Shown here one piece after another: positions 52,666 through 63,416 of a stretch of 64,000 bases of DNA; positions within the stretch are counted from its first letter, which is position 1, and each line of letters opens with the position of its first letter. The notes beneath the pieces were generated by a model, which ran no database searches, was not told the origin of the DNA, and worked only from the letters and a program-made list of their open reading frames with translations. This stretch comes from Promethearchaeota archaeon (GTDB taxonomy: Archaea; Asgardarchaeota; Lokiarchaeia; Sigyniarchaeales; SOKP01): NCBI GenBank assembly GCA_016839555.1, contig JAEOUA010000006.1, forward strand, positions 160,001 through 224,000, in the 5' to 3' direction. Both the position numbers and the translations under genes were made by a program.

Positions 52666-53838
52666 TCATTCAGGTATTTTTATTGGGTATTGTCCATATT
52701 TACGCTTAACATTCTGCATTGCTTCAAATCTATCAACTGTTACCGCTGGATTAATGGAATGCCCTGAACTGAAGATATATCCCCCACCTGGTGCTAATTC
52801 ACGGATTAACTTTTTAGAATACGCTCTTATTTCATTAATTTCTCCTATTGCGAGCATTATAGGGCTTACATTTCCAACAAAAGTAATCTTATCTCCATAC
52901 TTCGCATGCAACTTAAAGATGTTATAATCGGGATTAGCTGTCGTTGGTTCAATAGGGTTAATTGCATCAATTCCGCAATTGACAATATCATCGAAAATTT
53001 CCATTAAATCCCCATCAGAATGTAATAATATCTTACAATTGCGTTTATGGGCCGCATCACATATCCTTGTTAACCAAGGAAAAATGTATTTTCGATATAA
53101 TGCGGGTCGCATAAATAAACCATTCTTAAAGCCGTAGTCATCCCAAAGTATTACTAATTTCGCATCATTTTCTGCCAATATCTTCACCAATTCCAGCGTG
53201 AACTCTCCCCTATCATCAAAAATCTTTTTTGCGTGTTTATGTTTTCCGAGAATCCTTGAAAACGTTTCCAATCCAAATCCTTCCCATGTACACTCCATTA
53301 AGGCCCCGGTTGCGGGAACTGAAAAAATTTCATTGTTTAACTCCTCTTGTACTTCTCTACCAGCATAAAATGAATTTAGACGTGCTTCTGAATGGGGATC
53401 AGGTAGTTCATAACTTTCATAATCCTCAAAACTGTTAAAATGGCCCCCATAATACCCTAATATTGGTGTCCCGTCTTTTTCATAATATTCAAATTTCATA
53501 ATTCTTCCATACTCATCGATAAATCCTTTTCCTCCCTTTAAGATTACTCTTGGGAATAATGATGAAGCAGTTATTTGAATATCAAGGTCCATGCGTCGGA
53601 ATAATTCATGCGAATAGCGGTATTCCGCTTTTATAATATTCTTTTTTTTCATAAAGTATCGTAAAATACGATTCTTAAAGGGGAGATATTTCAAAATAGA
53701 TAATCCATAATCCCCTTTAGTTGGTTCTAACCCGTACTGCTTAGTTATAGTATTATTAGTGAACGCACTTTCCCATGCGGGGACTTTATCTGGTTCTTCA
53801 TGCTCAATTGTCGTTAATACTCTAGTTTGTGCATCCAT
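52666..53838 (-). CDS. Uroporphyrinogen decarboxylase-family (MtaA/CmuA-like) protein
   Basis: EPDKVP, WDDYG, LHSDG, GGGYIFSSGHSI. Confidence 0.85.
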   Translation of the reverse strand: MDAQTRVLTTIEHEEPDKVPAWESAFTNNTITKQYGLEPTKGDYGLSILKYLPFKNRILRYFMKKKNIIKAEYRYSHELFRRMDLDIQITASSLFPRVILKGGKGFIDEYGRIMKFEYYEKDGTPILGYYGGHFNSFEDYESYELPDPHSEARLNSFYAGREVQEELNNEIFSVPATGALMECTWEGFGLETFSRILGKHKHAKKIFDDRGEFTLELVKILAENDAKLVILWDDYGFKNGLFMRPALYRKYIFPWLTRICDAAHKRNCKILLHSDGDLMEIFDDIVNCGIDAINPIEPTTANPDYNIFKLHAKYGDKITFVGNVSPIMLAIGEINEIRAYSKKLIRELAPGGGYIFSSGHSINPAVTVDRFEAMQNVKRKYGQYPIKIPE

Positions 53839-54037
53839 TTTTATTCATTTTAAAAAAATATTCTTAATTAAAAACCTTGCTTAATTTAAAACGTTTTCTT
53901 TATTATAATTAGGAATGACTATATAGACCAATTATAATATTAAAGCTATAATGAGAGTAAGATAAATATTCCAGTTTTTAAAAAAATATAAGTCAGAAAA
54001 AAATGGAAAAAAAAGAAAATATAAATTTAATTATTAT

Positions 54038-54829
54038 TTAAAATTCATAACCGCAATTGCGGCATAGGTGTTTCTTACCATACATAGGTGTTTGGCCGAG
54101 GTAGCTGATTACTTTCGATTTATCTTCGACTGTTCGAATATCCTTCCCGACAGCACCACATTTTGGGCACGAAATCCGTTCTCTTCCTCCAGTTACTTTT
54201 TCTACTTCGGGAGGTTCGTAAAATTGTAATTTTTTCTGAGCCTCTTTCAAATTTTCTTTGGTATTTTCAAGAGTGGTTGTTAATTCTGAAATTTTTTTAT
54301 CTCTTTGATCTATTGTAGTAGTGGCTTGCTGTAATTGTTGTTTTATATCAGATAAATCCTCAGCCTTTTGAGTTCCTTTCTGTAGTTTTTGTTTAACTTC
54401 TGACAATTCTCCTTGAAGAGTTGAGATATTTTCTTTAGAACTATCTAATGAGGTGGTCAATCTACTTTTCTCATTTTCAAGACTTCCAACTTGGCTTGTG
54501 AGTGCCTCTACTTTGGGAGTTAAATTCTCTACTTTCGAATTTAATTCTGCATTTTGAGAACGCAAATCCTCTAGTTTGGAGGTTAAATCACTATTTTGGG
54601 TATTTAATTCATTAATTTTTTGATCTTTTTCGGTGCCTTTTTGCCTAGATTCTTCAAGATTTTGAGTGGTCGTCGCTAACTTTTCTTTAGTCTCAGCTAA
54701 ATCACTTTTTAATTTGGAAAGGTCTCTCTCAAGGTCATTAAGTTTTTTACGTAAATCTAATAACATTTTACCCTCAACCTTTTGAGGCTTATCGGGTCTT
54801 TCTTCCACCTTTTGCCAATCTATAGACAT
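54038..54829 (-). CDS. Coiled-coil protein with C-terminal Zn ribbon (paralogue 1)
   Basis: MSIDWQ head, heptad-rich rod, CPKCG...CRNCGYEF. Confidence 0.8.
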   Translation of the reverse strand: MSIDWQKVEERPDKPQKVEGKMLLDLRKKLNDLERDLSKLKSDLAETKEKLATTTQNLEESRQKGTEKDQKINELNTQNSDLTSKLEDLRSQNAELNSKVENLTPKVEALTSQVGSLENEKSRLTTSLDSSKENISTLQGELSEVKQKLQKGTQKAEDLSDIKQQLQQATTTIDQRDKKISELTTTLENTKENLKEAQKKLQFYEPPEVEKVTGGRERISCPKCGAVGKDIRTVEDKSKVISYLGQTPMYGKKHLCRNCGYEF

Positions 54830-55012
54830 AATTGATTCACACTTGGTTTATGATATATTAAGATTTATGTTATATAATAATTTCGATACTCATTTAATTT
54901 CGTAGTAATATTATAATTAATAAATCAAGAATTAATATATCTTTTTTTTTTAAATTATTATTGTAATTCTTCTCTTCTAATATAAATTATTCTCATTTAC
55001 CTATTTCTTAAG

Positions 55013-55903
55013 CTAGAATTCTGTCCCACATTTTTTACACACGCGCTTCTTCGCATAAATTCTCGATTGTCCCATATAACTTATCACTTTTGTTCGATCT
55101 TCCATCGTTTTAATATCTTTCCCAACGGCTCCGCACTTGGGACATGCAATACGTTCTTTTATTGGTTCTTCTTCTTTCCTTGCTGAGGGTCTTCTAAAGG
55201 TTGTTTGTTCTTTTAGGACTGGTTTTTCTTTAATAGCTCCTGTTTGTTGAACTGGTATCGTTCCTTTCAAAAGATCCTTGGTTCCTTCAAATTTTGAGTT
55301 TAATTCTGAAATTTTTGTCTTTTTTTGATTAATCTGATTAATTGCTCGCTCTAATTGTTCTTTTATTCTTGTTAATTCAAGGTTTTCGGATGATTTTTCT
55401 TTAGCCATTTCCGAGAGCTGCGTAGATAGTGTTTGTGTTTTTGTAGTTAATTCTCGGATCGATTCGTTTGAATTCTGTAATCTGAGGTTAAATTCTGAAA
55501 TCTGAGCATCTTTTAGTTTAATCTTTGCATTCGCATCTTCTAAGTTTAGTTTATATTGGGCTACTTCTTCCTCTAACTTTTCTGACGACATAGTAGCTTG
55601 AGTAAGTTGCATTTCAAGATCCTTTACTTTAGTTGTATAGAGTTTAAGTCTCTGATTTAATTCGTTAACTTGTTGATTTAAATCTTCAACTATTTTTTCC
55701 TTCACTTGTAAACTTCGCTGTGTTTGTTCGAGTTCTTTTGTAATGGAAATTAATTTTTTTTCAGTTTCAAATTGTTGGTTCTGAGTCTGAGCAAGTTGTT
55801 TTTCTAGCCTCTCGTTTTCATTTCGAATGTTTAATAAGGTTTGACCCTCAATTTTTAATTTCTTATTTGGGTTTTCTTCCGCCTTTTGCCAATCAATACT
55901 CAT
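55013..55903 (-). CDS. Coiled-coil protein with C-terminal Zn ribbon (paralogue 2)
   Basis: MSIDWQ head, coiled coil, CPKCG...CKKCGTEF. Confidence 0.8.
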   Translation of the reverse strand: MSIDWQKAEENPNKKLKIEGQTLLNIRNENERLEKQLAQTQNQQFETEKKLISITKELEQTQRSLQVKEKIVEDLNQQVNELNQRLKLYTTKVKDLEMQLTQATMSSEKLEEEVAQYKLNLEDANAKIKLKDAQISEFNLRLQNSNESIRELTTKTQTLSTQLSEMAKEKSSENLELTRIKEQLERAINQINQKKTKISELNSKFEGTKDLLKGTIPVQQTGAIKEKPVLKEQTTFRRPSARKEEEPIKERIACPKCGAVGKDIKTMEDRTKVISYMGQSRIYAKKRVCKKCGTEF

Positions 55904-56073
55904 AAATTATCTCACAATTATTCTAATAAGATGATTGTCTTAATATATCTTTTTTTTTTTGTATCTTATAAATTTTATTTCTAAGATGAAAAATCTATTT
56001 TTTTATACAAAAAGATGATTTCACCTTTGCGGTTTACAAATGATGTGTTAAATAACCTTTGATCCTTATGTAA

Positions 56074-56898
56074 TTAAAATTCTGTACCACATTTTTTACA
56101 CACACGTTTCTTTGCGTAGATACGCATTTGACCTTGATATCTGAGAACTTTTGATCGATCCTCCATTGTTTTAAGATCTCTTCCAAAAGCACCACATTTG
56201 GGACAACGGACTCTCTCATCTATTGCTGTGGGTTCCTCAATCTCTACTTCAGGTGGAGGATTATATAACTCATCAATTGGATGATCAGATTTTTCCATTT
56301 TTAAGATAAGATTTTTCAAAGCGGTCGATTTTCCTTCAAGTTGCGATGTCAATTCTGAAATTTCCGAGTCTTTTTCCTGAAGTTGTAATGATAACTCCGA
56401 AATCTTCTGATCCTTTTGGTCAGTTTTTGGCACGATCATTTTTTTTTCTTCTAATTGAGCGGATAATGCCGAAATACGTCCTTCTTGTTTATTAATAGTT
56501 TGATGAGCTTCTTTTAATTTTTGATTGGAATGGTCTAACTTTAACTTAAGATTTGCTATTTCTTCGTTATAATCATATGAAATAGAAGATAATTTATCTA
56601 AACTGATTTCAAGATCTTTAATTTGAGTGGCATATGATTCTAAGGTTTGATTTAATTCTAGTATTTGCGAGACCAAATCTTCATTAGCTTTTTCTTTTTC
56701 TGCAGCTTTTCTTTCGCTCTCCTCTAAATCTCTAGAAATCTGTTCTAAAATTTCTTTCGTATGAGATAATTCATCTTTTGTTTCAATAAGCTCTCTTTCA
56801 AGGTTGTTTGTTAACTCTCGTAAACCTATTAATTCTTTCCCGTCTATTTTTTGTTTTTTATCAGGCTTTTCTTCTGCCTCTTGCCAATTTATAGACAT
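56074..56898 (-). CDS. Coiled-coil protein with C-terminal Zn ribbon (paralogue 3)
   Basis: MSINWQ head, coiled coil, CPKCG...CKKCGTEF. Confidence 0.8.
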   Translation of the reverse strand: MSINWQEAEEKPDKKQKIDGKELIGLRELTNNLERELIETKDELSHTKEILEQISRDLEESERKAAEKEKANEDLVSQILELNQTLESYATQIKDLEISLDKLSSISYDYNEEIANLKLKLDHSNQKLKEAHQTINKQEGRISALSAQLEEKKMIVPKTDQKDQKISELSLQLQEKDSEISELTSQLEGKSTALKNLILKMEKSDHPIDELYNPPPEVEIEEPTAIDERVRCPKCGAFGRDLKTMEDRSKVLRYQGQMRIYAKKRVCKKCGTEF

Positions 56899-57173
56899 AA
56901 CTAAGTCATAAATAATAAGAGCAATTTATTTATATAAATTTTGTCCTCTTAAATCAAAAAATTATTTGAATAAAAATTCAATATTTTAGATAATAACATC
57001 TGCAGGATATATGAAAAAATATAGCTGGTAAACGATTTAATTGTGTCTTTTTTATTATTTTGAGATAAGAACTCAATAATTAATCTATTTATATGGAAAT
57101 TTATCTAGATCAAATTTTAAGTAGCATTGCTTTAAAGTTTATTAAACTTCAGCAAAATTATATTTTACTACTT

Positions 57174-58394
57174 TTATTTTAAATAATTAAGAGCTGTTAA
57201 GGCATATATTTTGGTTAAATTAATCAAATCTTTAACATAAACAAATTCATCCTCCGCATGCACCTTATTTTCTGGTCGGATTGAGCCAATGAGAATGGTT
57301 TCAATGCCTTTTTCTTGGAACCAATGTGCATCTGTTGTAGGAATAAAAGTTGCAACTTTTCGGGGTTCTCCATATACACTTCTAATAGAGTGCTGAACGG
57401 CAGTTGCAAATTCTGAGTTTTCATCAATTAAGCCGGGATCGAATACGATGGGCATCTGAACAGTGATGTCTAAAAGCGGATCCTCTTCTTTCATACGTTC
57501 CACATATTCTAGAATTCGTTCTTTGATAGGCATAACATTTTGTTCCGGAATTGTATTAATACTGCAATGTAGAAAACACTTCCCCGGCACAATAGAAATC
57601 TTATTTCCTCCATGTATTTCGGCCAAATTTAGATCGCTTATTTTTGAAGGTAATCCTGGAGGCATGGGATATTTAGTCTCATTTTTATTCAATTCTTCCT
57701 TAAGCTCAATAAGAAAATTCATTAATTTAACCATTCGCTGGATGGCGTTAATTCCAGAATATTCATTACGGTATGGTTCTGGGACATCTGGAGCATTCAT
57801 TCCATGTGCTTGTTTTCCATTGATGGTAAAAGTCGCAAAAATAGCTCCACCTGTATATCCAATCGGATTTTCTGCGGGAGCATCTCCTAATAAGCATGAA
57901 TCGCCTTGAATGATATTTTTATCAAGTAAATATTCTATACCCCGAAGTCCACCCGTTTCTTCATCTATCACTGCAGCTATAGTTAATTTTCCATGAAGTT
58001 CTACTCCTGCTTGTTGTAAAGCTTTTGCGGCAAAAAGTTCAGCGGTAACACAAGATTTATCATCAGAAGATCCTCGACCATAAATTTTATCATTAATATG
58101 TTCACCACCGAATGGATTCTTCGTCCAACCTTTGAATGTTTCTACTGTATCCATATGTCCGTAAAAAATAAGAGATTTGCCATCTTCCCCTCCAAGCTCT
58201 CCAATGACATTGTTCCTTTTAAGCTTTGGATTTAATCCTAGTTCTTGCATCTTTGCTTTTGTAAACTTGGCTATCTCTTTATATTGAGAAGGGGGATTTT
58301 CTGAGGGAATTTGGACAATTTTTTGATGAAATTGAATGATTTCATCCTTCATTTTATCTATTATTTCCAAAACATTCTTTTCTTGTTCATTCAT
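57174..58394 (-). CDS. M20 ArgE/DapE-family deacylase
   Basis: YGHMDTV, GRGSSDDK, DEETGG, GKQAHG, VHAEDE. Confidence 0.9.
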   Translation of the reverse strand: MNEQEKNVLEIIDKMKDEIIQFHQKIVQIPSENPPSQYKEIAKFTKAKMQELGLNPKLKRNNVIGELGGEDGKSLIFYGHMDTVETFKGWTKNPFGGEHINDKIYGRGSSDDKSCVTAELFAAKALQQAGVELHGKLTIAAVIDEETGGLRGIEYLLDKNIIQGDSCLLGDAPAENPIGYTGGAIFATFTINGKQAHGMNAPDVPEPYRNEYSGINAIQRMVKLMNFLIELKEELNKNETKYPMPPGLPSKISDLNLAEIHGGNKISIVPGKCFLHCSINTIPEQNVMPIKERILEYVERMKEEDPLLDITVQMPIVFDPGLIDENSEFATAVQHSIRSVYGEPRKVATFIPTTDAHWFQEKGIETILIGSIRPENKVHAEDEFVYVKDLINLTKIYALTALNYLK

Positions 58395-58499
58395 AAGAGG
58401 TCTTTAATATAGGTTTAATCAGATTAAATAATTATATATGAGTGTTATGAATTTATAAACTTTTAAATCCTTATGAAAATAAAATAAAAGGATTTAGCA

Positions 58500-59387
58500 T
58501 CAAAAATCTTTTCCATAAATCTCTTTAAGATATTTTTCGATAAGCGGCTTATATTCATTGGGATCATGTTTTTGAATTTTATTTAATAAAGACTTTGCTT
58601 TAGCATTTTTCGCGTCCAATTTTAATAGAAAATTACACGCATCATATGCCGTATCATATATTTTCATTTGGTAAGAGACTAAGGCTAGATTATACCAATT
58701 AATTAGATCCTTTGGAGCCACATCAAATCCAATATGGAAGTAATCGTTCAGCTTTATACAACCTTCAATATATTTGGAAACTTCTTCTGAGGGGCGAATC
58801 ACATTCATATGACCATCACATAAGATATCCACATCTAATTTTGATAATTCTAGCAAAGATTTCTCAAACTCATCATGATTTCCCCCTATTGATTCGATTC
58901 CTCCCCCACAAATATCTCCCGAAAACAAAACTTTATCCTTATTGATTGACATCAAAAATGCCATTCCGCCGGAGGAATGTCCAGGGATGTGATATGCCTT
59001 AATAGAATACGGTCCAAATTTTAAGCTACTAGTTTTATCCGTGAATAGATCCGTTATCTTGAAATTTAGATCTTGATCCTTATTAATATAAGATTGGATC
59101 ATTTTAGAATCCTTTATATGCGCATAAAAACGCATTATGGGATTTAACTTAATTAATTCTTTACATCCCTCCACGTGATCATAGTGTCCATGTGTAATTA
59201 AACAGTGTTTCACATTCTTGGGGTTTAATCCAATCTTTGCTAGTTCCTTTTCAAAATCAAATCCAATGCCGGTATCGATAAGGACTAACTCCTCCACACT
59301 ATTGGTATTTAAAAGATAGATTGTACTTGAGGGTTCCCCTATCGTGCATTCTTTAAGAATATAAAGATTGTTTAGTATTTGTCGCAA
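58500..59387 (-). CDS. MBL-fold metallohydrolase with C-terminal TPR
   Basis: THGHYDH, PGHS, FSGD, DGH; TPR-like WYNLALVSYQMK. Confidence 0.8.
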   Translation of the reverse strand: MRQILNNLYILKECTIGEPSSTIYLLNTNSVEELVLIDTGIGFDFEKELAKIGLNPKNVKHCLITHGHYDHVEGCKELIKLNPIMRFYAHIKDSKMIQSYINKDQDLNFKITDLFTDKTSSLKFGPYSIKAYHIPGHSSGGMAFLMSINKDKVLFSGDICGGGIESIGGNHDEFEKSLLELSKLDVDILCDGHMNVIRPSEEVSKYIEGCIKLNDYFHIGFDVAPKDLINWYNLALVSYQMKIYDTAYDACNFLLKLDAKNAKAKSLLNKIQKHDPNEYKPLIEKYLKEIYGKDF

Positions 59388-59575
59388 ATTGAAATAAACC
59401 TGAACATTAGATTAAAAAAATATATAATATATCTTTATTAATTAATTATTTTTTTTATTGTTTAAGAAAAAATTAATTTCTTTTCTGATGAACAATGGAT
59501 ACATTTTTCATCTTCATCCAAAAAAATATATAGTAATAAGTAAATTATAAAAATAAGAAAAAAGGTGTTGAAAGG

Positions 59576-60388
59576 ATGGAATACTTTATCCCCACAGAAG
59601 AGAAAAAATTAAAAGATTATGACCCTGAGATCGTTGCATGGGAGAGGGAAGAATTGGGAGATCTTCAAACTCCGTTAACGTATAAATTTCCCTCTTATGG
59701 TGAAAATATTAAAGAAAAAAAATTTTTCACTGTAAAAGATTATGAAACGGCTTTATTTTATAATAAGGGTGAATTAATTGGCGTGCTTAAAGGTGGAATG
59801 TATGAACTAAAAGAAGAAGGGAAAGTAAAAGGGACGGAAATAGTATGGGTCGATACTTCCCTTCTCAATATCCCTTGGACCATCCCAAATAAGACCGGTA
59901 TCCCTACAAGAGAGGGCTATATGATTGGACTCGAAGGGGATCTTAAACTTAGGATAAATGATGCAAAAATTTTTTATAATGATATTGTTGCGGGAAAAAA
60001 AATGTGGACGGTTCAAGACCTCAGGGATTGGATTATGAGCACTTTAATCACTTCCTTAAGGGATATTTTCAAAGATTATACCATGAGAAATATATTTCTG
60101 GAAAAACGCGATAGAGTAATTAATTTAGTTATTTCAAAAATTACAGAAGAATTTGCCCAGTTTGGATTAGAACTTATTACATTCAATATCTTAAATATTG
60201 ATACACCAAAAGATATGGAAGAAATCTTATATTCTAATAGACCTTTTGGTCAAAGAATCGTTAGGCGATTTATTGATAGATGGAACGAATTTTCTGCAAG
60301 AGTTAGAAATTTTTCCAAAAGAGTTGATGATTGGTTTAATGAAAGTAGAGAGGACATATTAAACAGTAAAAAAAAGGAACCAGATTAA
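59576..60388 (+). CDS. SPFH/band-7 domain protein
   Basis: VKDYETALFYNKG..GVLKGGMY; FAQFGLELITFNILNID. Confidence 0.7.
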   Translation: MEYFIPTEEKKLKDYDPEIVAWEREELGDLQTPLTYKFPSYGENIKEKKFFTVKDYETALFYNKGELIGVLKGGMYELKEEGKVKGTEIVWVDTSLLNIPWTIPNKTGIPTREGYMIGLEGDLKLRINDAKIFYNDIVAGKKMWTVQDLRDWIMSTLITSLRDIFKDYTMRNIFLEKRDRVINLVISKITEEFAQFGLELITFNILNIDTPKDMEEILYSNRPFGQRIVRRFIDRWNEFSARVRNFSKRVDDWFNESREDILNSKKKEPD

Positions 60389-60488
60389 ATTATTAAAAAA
60401 ATTATAATCATAAATCCCTTAAGCTTTTTATTTTATATTGAATGCTCACCATTAATCACTAATAAAATAATAATTAGAGAGCTATACG

Positions 60489-60992
60489 ATGAAAAAATCA
60501 TTCAGCATAGTCTTAATAGGAATGCCTGGATCGGGAAAGAGCACTATAGGTCAATTATTAGCGAATAAATTGGATTTTGAATTTATAGAACCTGACAAAT
60601 ACATAGAGGAAAAAGAACAAATGAATTTACAGGAAATCTTAGATAGGAAAGGTATTAATGAATTTATTAAAATTGAGCAAGAAAGAATTTTAGAATTACT
60701 TCCACTTAAAAATTACATTATTGCCCCCGGGGGAAGTGTTATTTATTCTAATAAAGTGATGGAGACTGTCCAAAAATCCTCCATTATAATATTTTTAGAT
60801 GTACCTTTAAAAATTCTTCACGCACGATTAAAGAATAAGGAAACGAGAGGTATTGTAGGATTAAAAAATGTTTCTATAAAAAATCTTTATGAAGAAAGAG
60901 TACCCTTATATAAGAAGTATGCTGATATTGTAATTTCTTGTGCTGGGAAGAATCCACTGGAAATTGTCGATGAAATCATTCAGAAATTATAA
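60489..60992 (+). CDS. aroK: Shikimate kinase (bacterial-type P-loop)
   Basis: LIGMPGSGKST, IIAPGGS, ERVPLYKKYAD. Confidence 0.85.
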   Translation: MKKSFSIVLIGMPGSGKSTIGQLLANKLDFEFIEPDKYIEEKEQMNLQEILDRKGINEFIKIEQERILELLPLKNYIIAPGGSVIYSNKVMETVQKSSIIIFLDVPLKILHARLKNKETRGIVGLKNVSIKNLYEERVPLYKKYADIVISCAGKNPLEIVDEIIQKL

Positions 60993-61071
60993 ATTTTTTA
61001 TAGGAGCATAATCCAATTTCATTAGAGTACTTAATAATATACAAAAACTATTAACAATTAATAAAGATAGA

Positions 61072-61794
61072 ATGATGAAGAAAAAAGCATCTTGCGTTGT
61101 TATTTTTAGCGGAGGGCAAGACTCTACAACTTGTCTTGTATGGGCGTTAAAAAAATTCGATAAAGTATCTGTTATTAGCTTTAATTATGGGCAAAGACAT
61201 AAAATCGAATTAGAGTGTGCTAAAAATATTATTGATATTTTGAAATCGAGAGAAAAACACCAGATTGAATGGCTCGGAGGGAATCAAATTGTTGAATATA
61301 AAATCGTAGATATATCATTTGTGTCTGATTTATTACAAACGGCTATGATTCAGGAAGAAGAAATCACTTATGATGAAGAAACAGGGCTTCCAACTACTTT
61401 TGTCCCCGGAAGAAATATTCTATTCATAACCGTTGCAGCAGCCTATTCATACCAAAAAGAGATAAAGCATTTAGTAGCCGGAGTTTGCCAAACCGATTAT
61501 TCAGGATATCCAGACTGTAGAGATGCTACTATAAAATCCCTACAAGCCACTCTGAAATTAGGGTTGGATTATGACATCATTATTCATACTCCGCTTATGT
61601 GGAAAACTAAGGCAGACACCATTAAATTAATGGAAAAATTAGGGGGATTAGAATTATATAAATATACTCATACTTGTTATAGGGGAGAACGGCCAGCTTG
61701 TGGCAAATGTTTTGCATGCCAGCTTAGATTAATGGGCTTTAAAGAGGCAGGATTAGAAGATCCATTAGAATATAAAAGTAGAGAAATTATTTAA
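61072..61794 (+). CDS. queC: 7-cyano-7-deazaguanine synthase
   Basis: FSGGQDSTT, YGQRH, TFVPGRN, DYSGYPDCR, TCY...CGKCFACQLR. Confidence 0.95.
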   Translation: MMKKKASCVVIFSGGQDSTTCLVWALKKFDKVSVISFNYGQRHKIELECAKNIIDILKSREKHQIEWLGGNQIVEYKIVDISFVSDLLQTAMIQEEEITYDEETGLPTTFVPGRNILFITVAAAYSYQKEIKHLVAGVCQTDYSGYPDCRDATIKSLQATLKLGLDYDIIIHTPLMWKTKADTIKLMEKLGGLELYKYTHTCYRGERPACGKCFACQLRLMGFKEAGLEDPLEYKSREII

Positions 61795-61808
61795 AATAAT
61801 CTAAGAAA

Positions 61809-62264
61809 TTATTCATGATATATAGCCATACTGCTTTTAGATTCTCCCACTTTTACGATAATTTCTTTGTTTGAATAAATCTCCTTCAATTTATCATGAA
61901 TATATTTCGCTAATAGCTCACTGGTGGTGGCAGGTAATGGTAATAAAGAAACATCAGATTTAGGAAACACATATCTTTTTTTAGGGGTTTTGACCTCAAT
62001 AGAATCACCGTCTTCTTTAATTTTTATATCAACAGCTTGAGTCGGGACGAGAATATAGTGATCTAAGGGTTCTACAATGGCCTTTAATTCTTTCTTAAGT
62101 TCCATAAAATCAATGACAAAATAATTTTCATCCAATTTACCGCCGACTTCCACAGAGACGTAATAATTATGACCGTGTAATCTTGAGCATTTGGGATGTT
62201 CTTTAAGAAAATGACACGCGCTAAATTTAACCTTTGATTCATTTACAATTATTTTATAACTCAT
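61809..62264 (-). CDS. queD: 6-carboxy-5,6,7,8-tetrahydropterin synthase
   Basis: FSACH, CSRLHGHNY, LDH, TTSELLA. Confidence 0.9.
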   Translation of the reverse strand: MSYKIIVNESKVKFSACHFLKEHPKCSRLHGHNYYVSVEVGGKLDENYFVIDFMELKKELKAIVEPLDHYILVPTQAVDIKIKEDGDSIEVKTPKKRYVFPKSDVSLLPLPATTSELLAKYIHDKLKEIYSNKEIIVKVGESKSSMAIYHE

Positions 62265-62372
62265 TTTATTATCCTGTAGGTTTGAATAATTTACTCTAAT
62301 TAAATTTTTTCACAGATTTTTATTTAATGGTATTTTTGTTAAGTAATATAATTTTTAATTGACTTAATAATT

Positions 62373-63227
62373 TTATAATAAATTAAGAAATTTATGAGCC
62401 TGAATTGATAAAGAGATATTTTCTGGTGGCAAATATTTTGCTGCCCTATAAAATATTTGGTTTAATTTCTCATTTGAAATTGAAAATTTCTTTTTTAATT
62501 CTTTTTGTTCTAAATAGACGGGTTGGATTGCCAAGCCTATATGGTTACCATCTTGATATCTAATATTCGAAAGCTCGTGAGCAATCCAATCAATATCTTT
62601 AATTTTTGTGTGAGAAGTAACAATAATTTTGGTAAAGGTGAGTACATTCACAGATGTCATAGTTCTTATGAATTCTAATTCTTTTCTTACAAGTTTTTCC
62701 CATAGATTAAATTCGGCTGCTTGTGAGCTTCTATCTTTAATATCACAGCAGCAATAATTAAAGAGTTCTTTAATTTGAGCTAATTCTACTTTATTTGGTA
62801 GTACTGTAGCATTAGTTTCTAAATATAAGGGAAAATTAATACCATTTTTTTTCAATGATATTCCTATTTCTAAAAGGAACTCAAGTTGGCACATAGGTTC
62901 TCCTCCAGTAAAGCTCATGGAATGCAGATCATTCGTTATAAGGTTTTTAATAATTTTAATTAGCTCTTGGATCTTGATAGGATTATTTGCAATGGTAAAA
63001 TCTTGAGAAGAGGGTTTTTTTTCATACTGATAATGTTTCAGTTTAAAATCTTGAGAGTTGGGTGTATCACAGAAAAAGCAGCCAGAAGTGCCAAATTCCT
63101 TATTGGCAACATTACAGCCCGCAAATCTTAAAAATATCTGTTTTTTGCCAAAACAACTTCCTGGAACTGTTCCGCCTTCTCCTTGAAATGATGAGAATAT
63201 TTCCGAAAGATAGCCTTGCTTTTCCAT
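62373..63227 (-). CDS. queE: 7-carboxy-7-deazaguanine synthase (radical SAM)
   Basis: EIFSSFQGEG, FLRFAGCN...CFFCDT, FTGGEP, LETN, IQAHK. Confidence 0.88.
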   Translation of the reverse strand: MEKQGYLSEIFSSFQGEGGTVPGSCFGKKQIFLRFAGCNVANKEFGTSGCFFCDTPNSQDFKLKHYQYEKKPSSQDFTIANNPIKIQELIKIIKNLITNDLHSMSFTGGEPMCQLEFLLEIGISLKKNGINFPLYLETNATVLPNKVELAQIKELFNYCCCDIKDRSSQAAEFNLWEKLVRKELEFIRTMTSVNVLTFTKIIVTSHTKIKDIDWIAHELSNIRYQDGNHIGLAIQPVYLEQKELKKKFSISNEKLNQIFYRAAKYLPPENISLSIQAHKFLNLL

Positions 63228-63416
63228 CTTAGTAATTTTTTATTATCAAACTATTTTCTAATCTGCTTAAGGTAGTATTATTTATTAATGCAAATATTAT
63301 TTTAGAGAGGAAAAAAGGTGATTTTATTAATAGGTAAGTATTGAAAATGAATTAATTGAAAAATAAAAAAAAATTCAAATAAATTGAAGCAATTATAGAA
63401 AAAATGAGTTTATAGT

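Noticed and set aside
54038-56898. SMC/chromosome partition proteins
   Set aside because: No Walker motifs or hinge domain; the similarity is generic coiled coil.
61072-63227. queCDE as part of a Dpd 7-deazaguanine DNA-modification defence system
   Set aside because: No dpdA/TGT-like gene is visible, and the genes lie in core-like context far from the island. PreQ0 synthesis for archaeosine is the default explanation.
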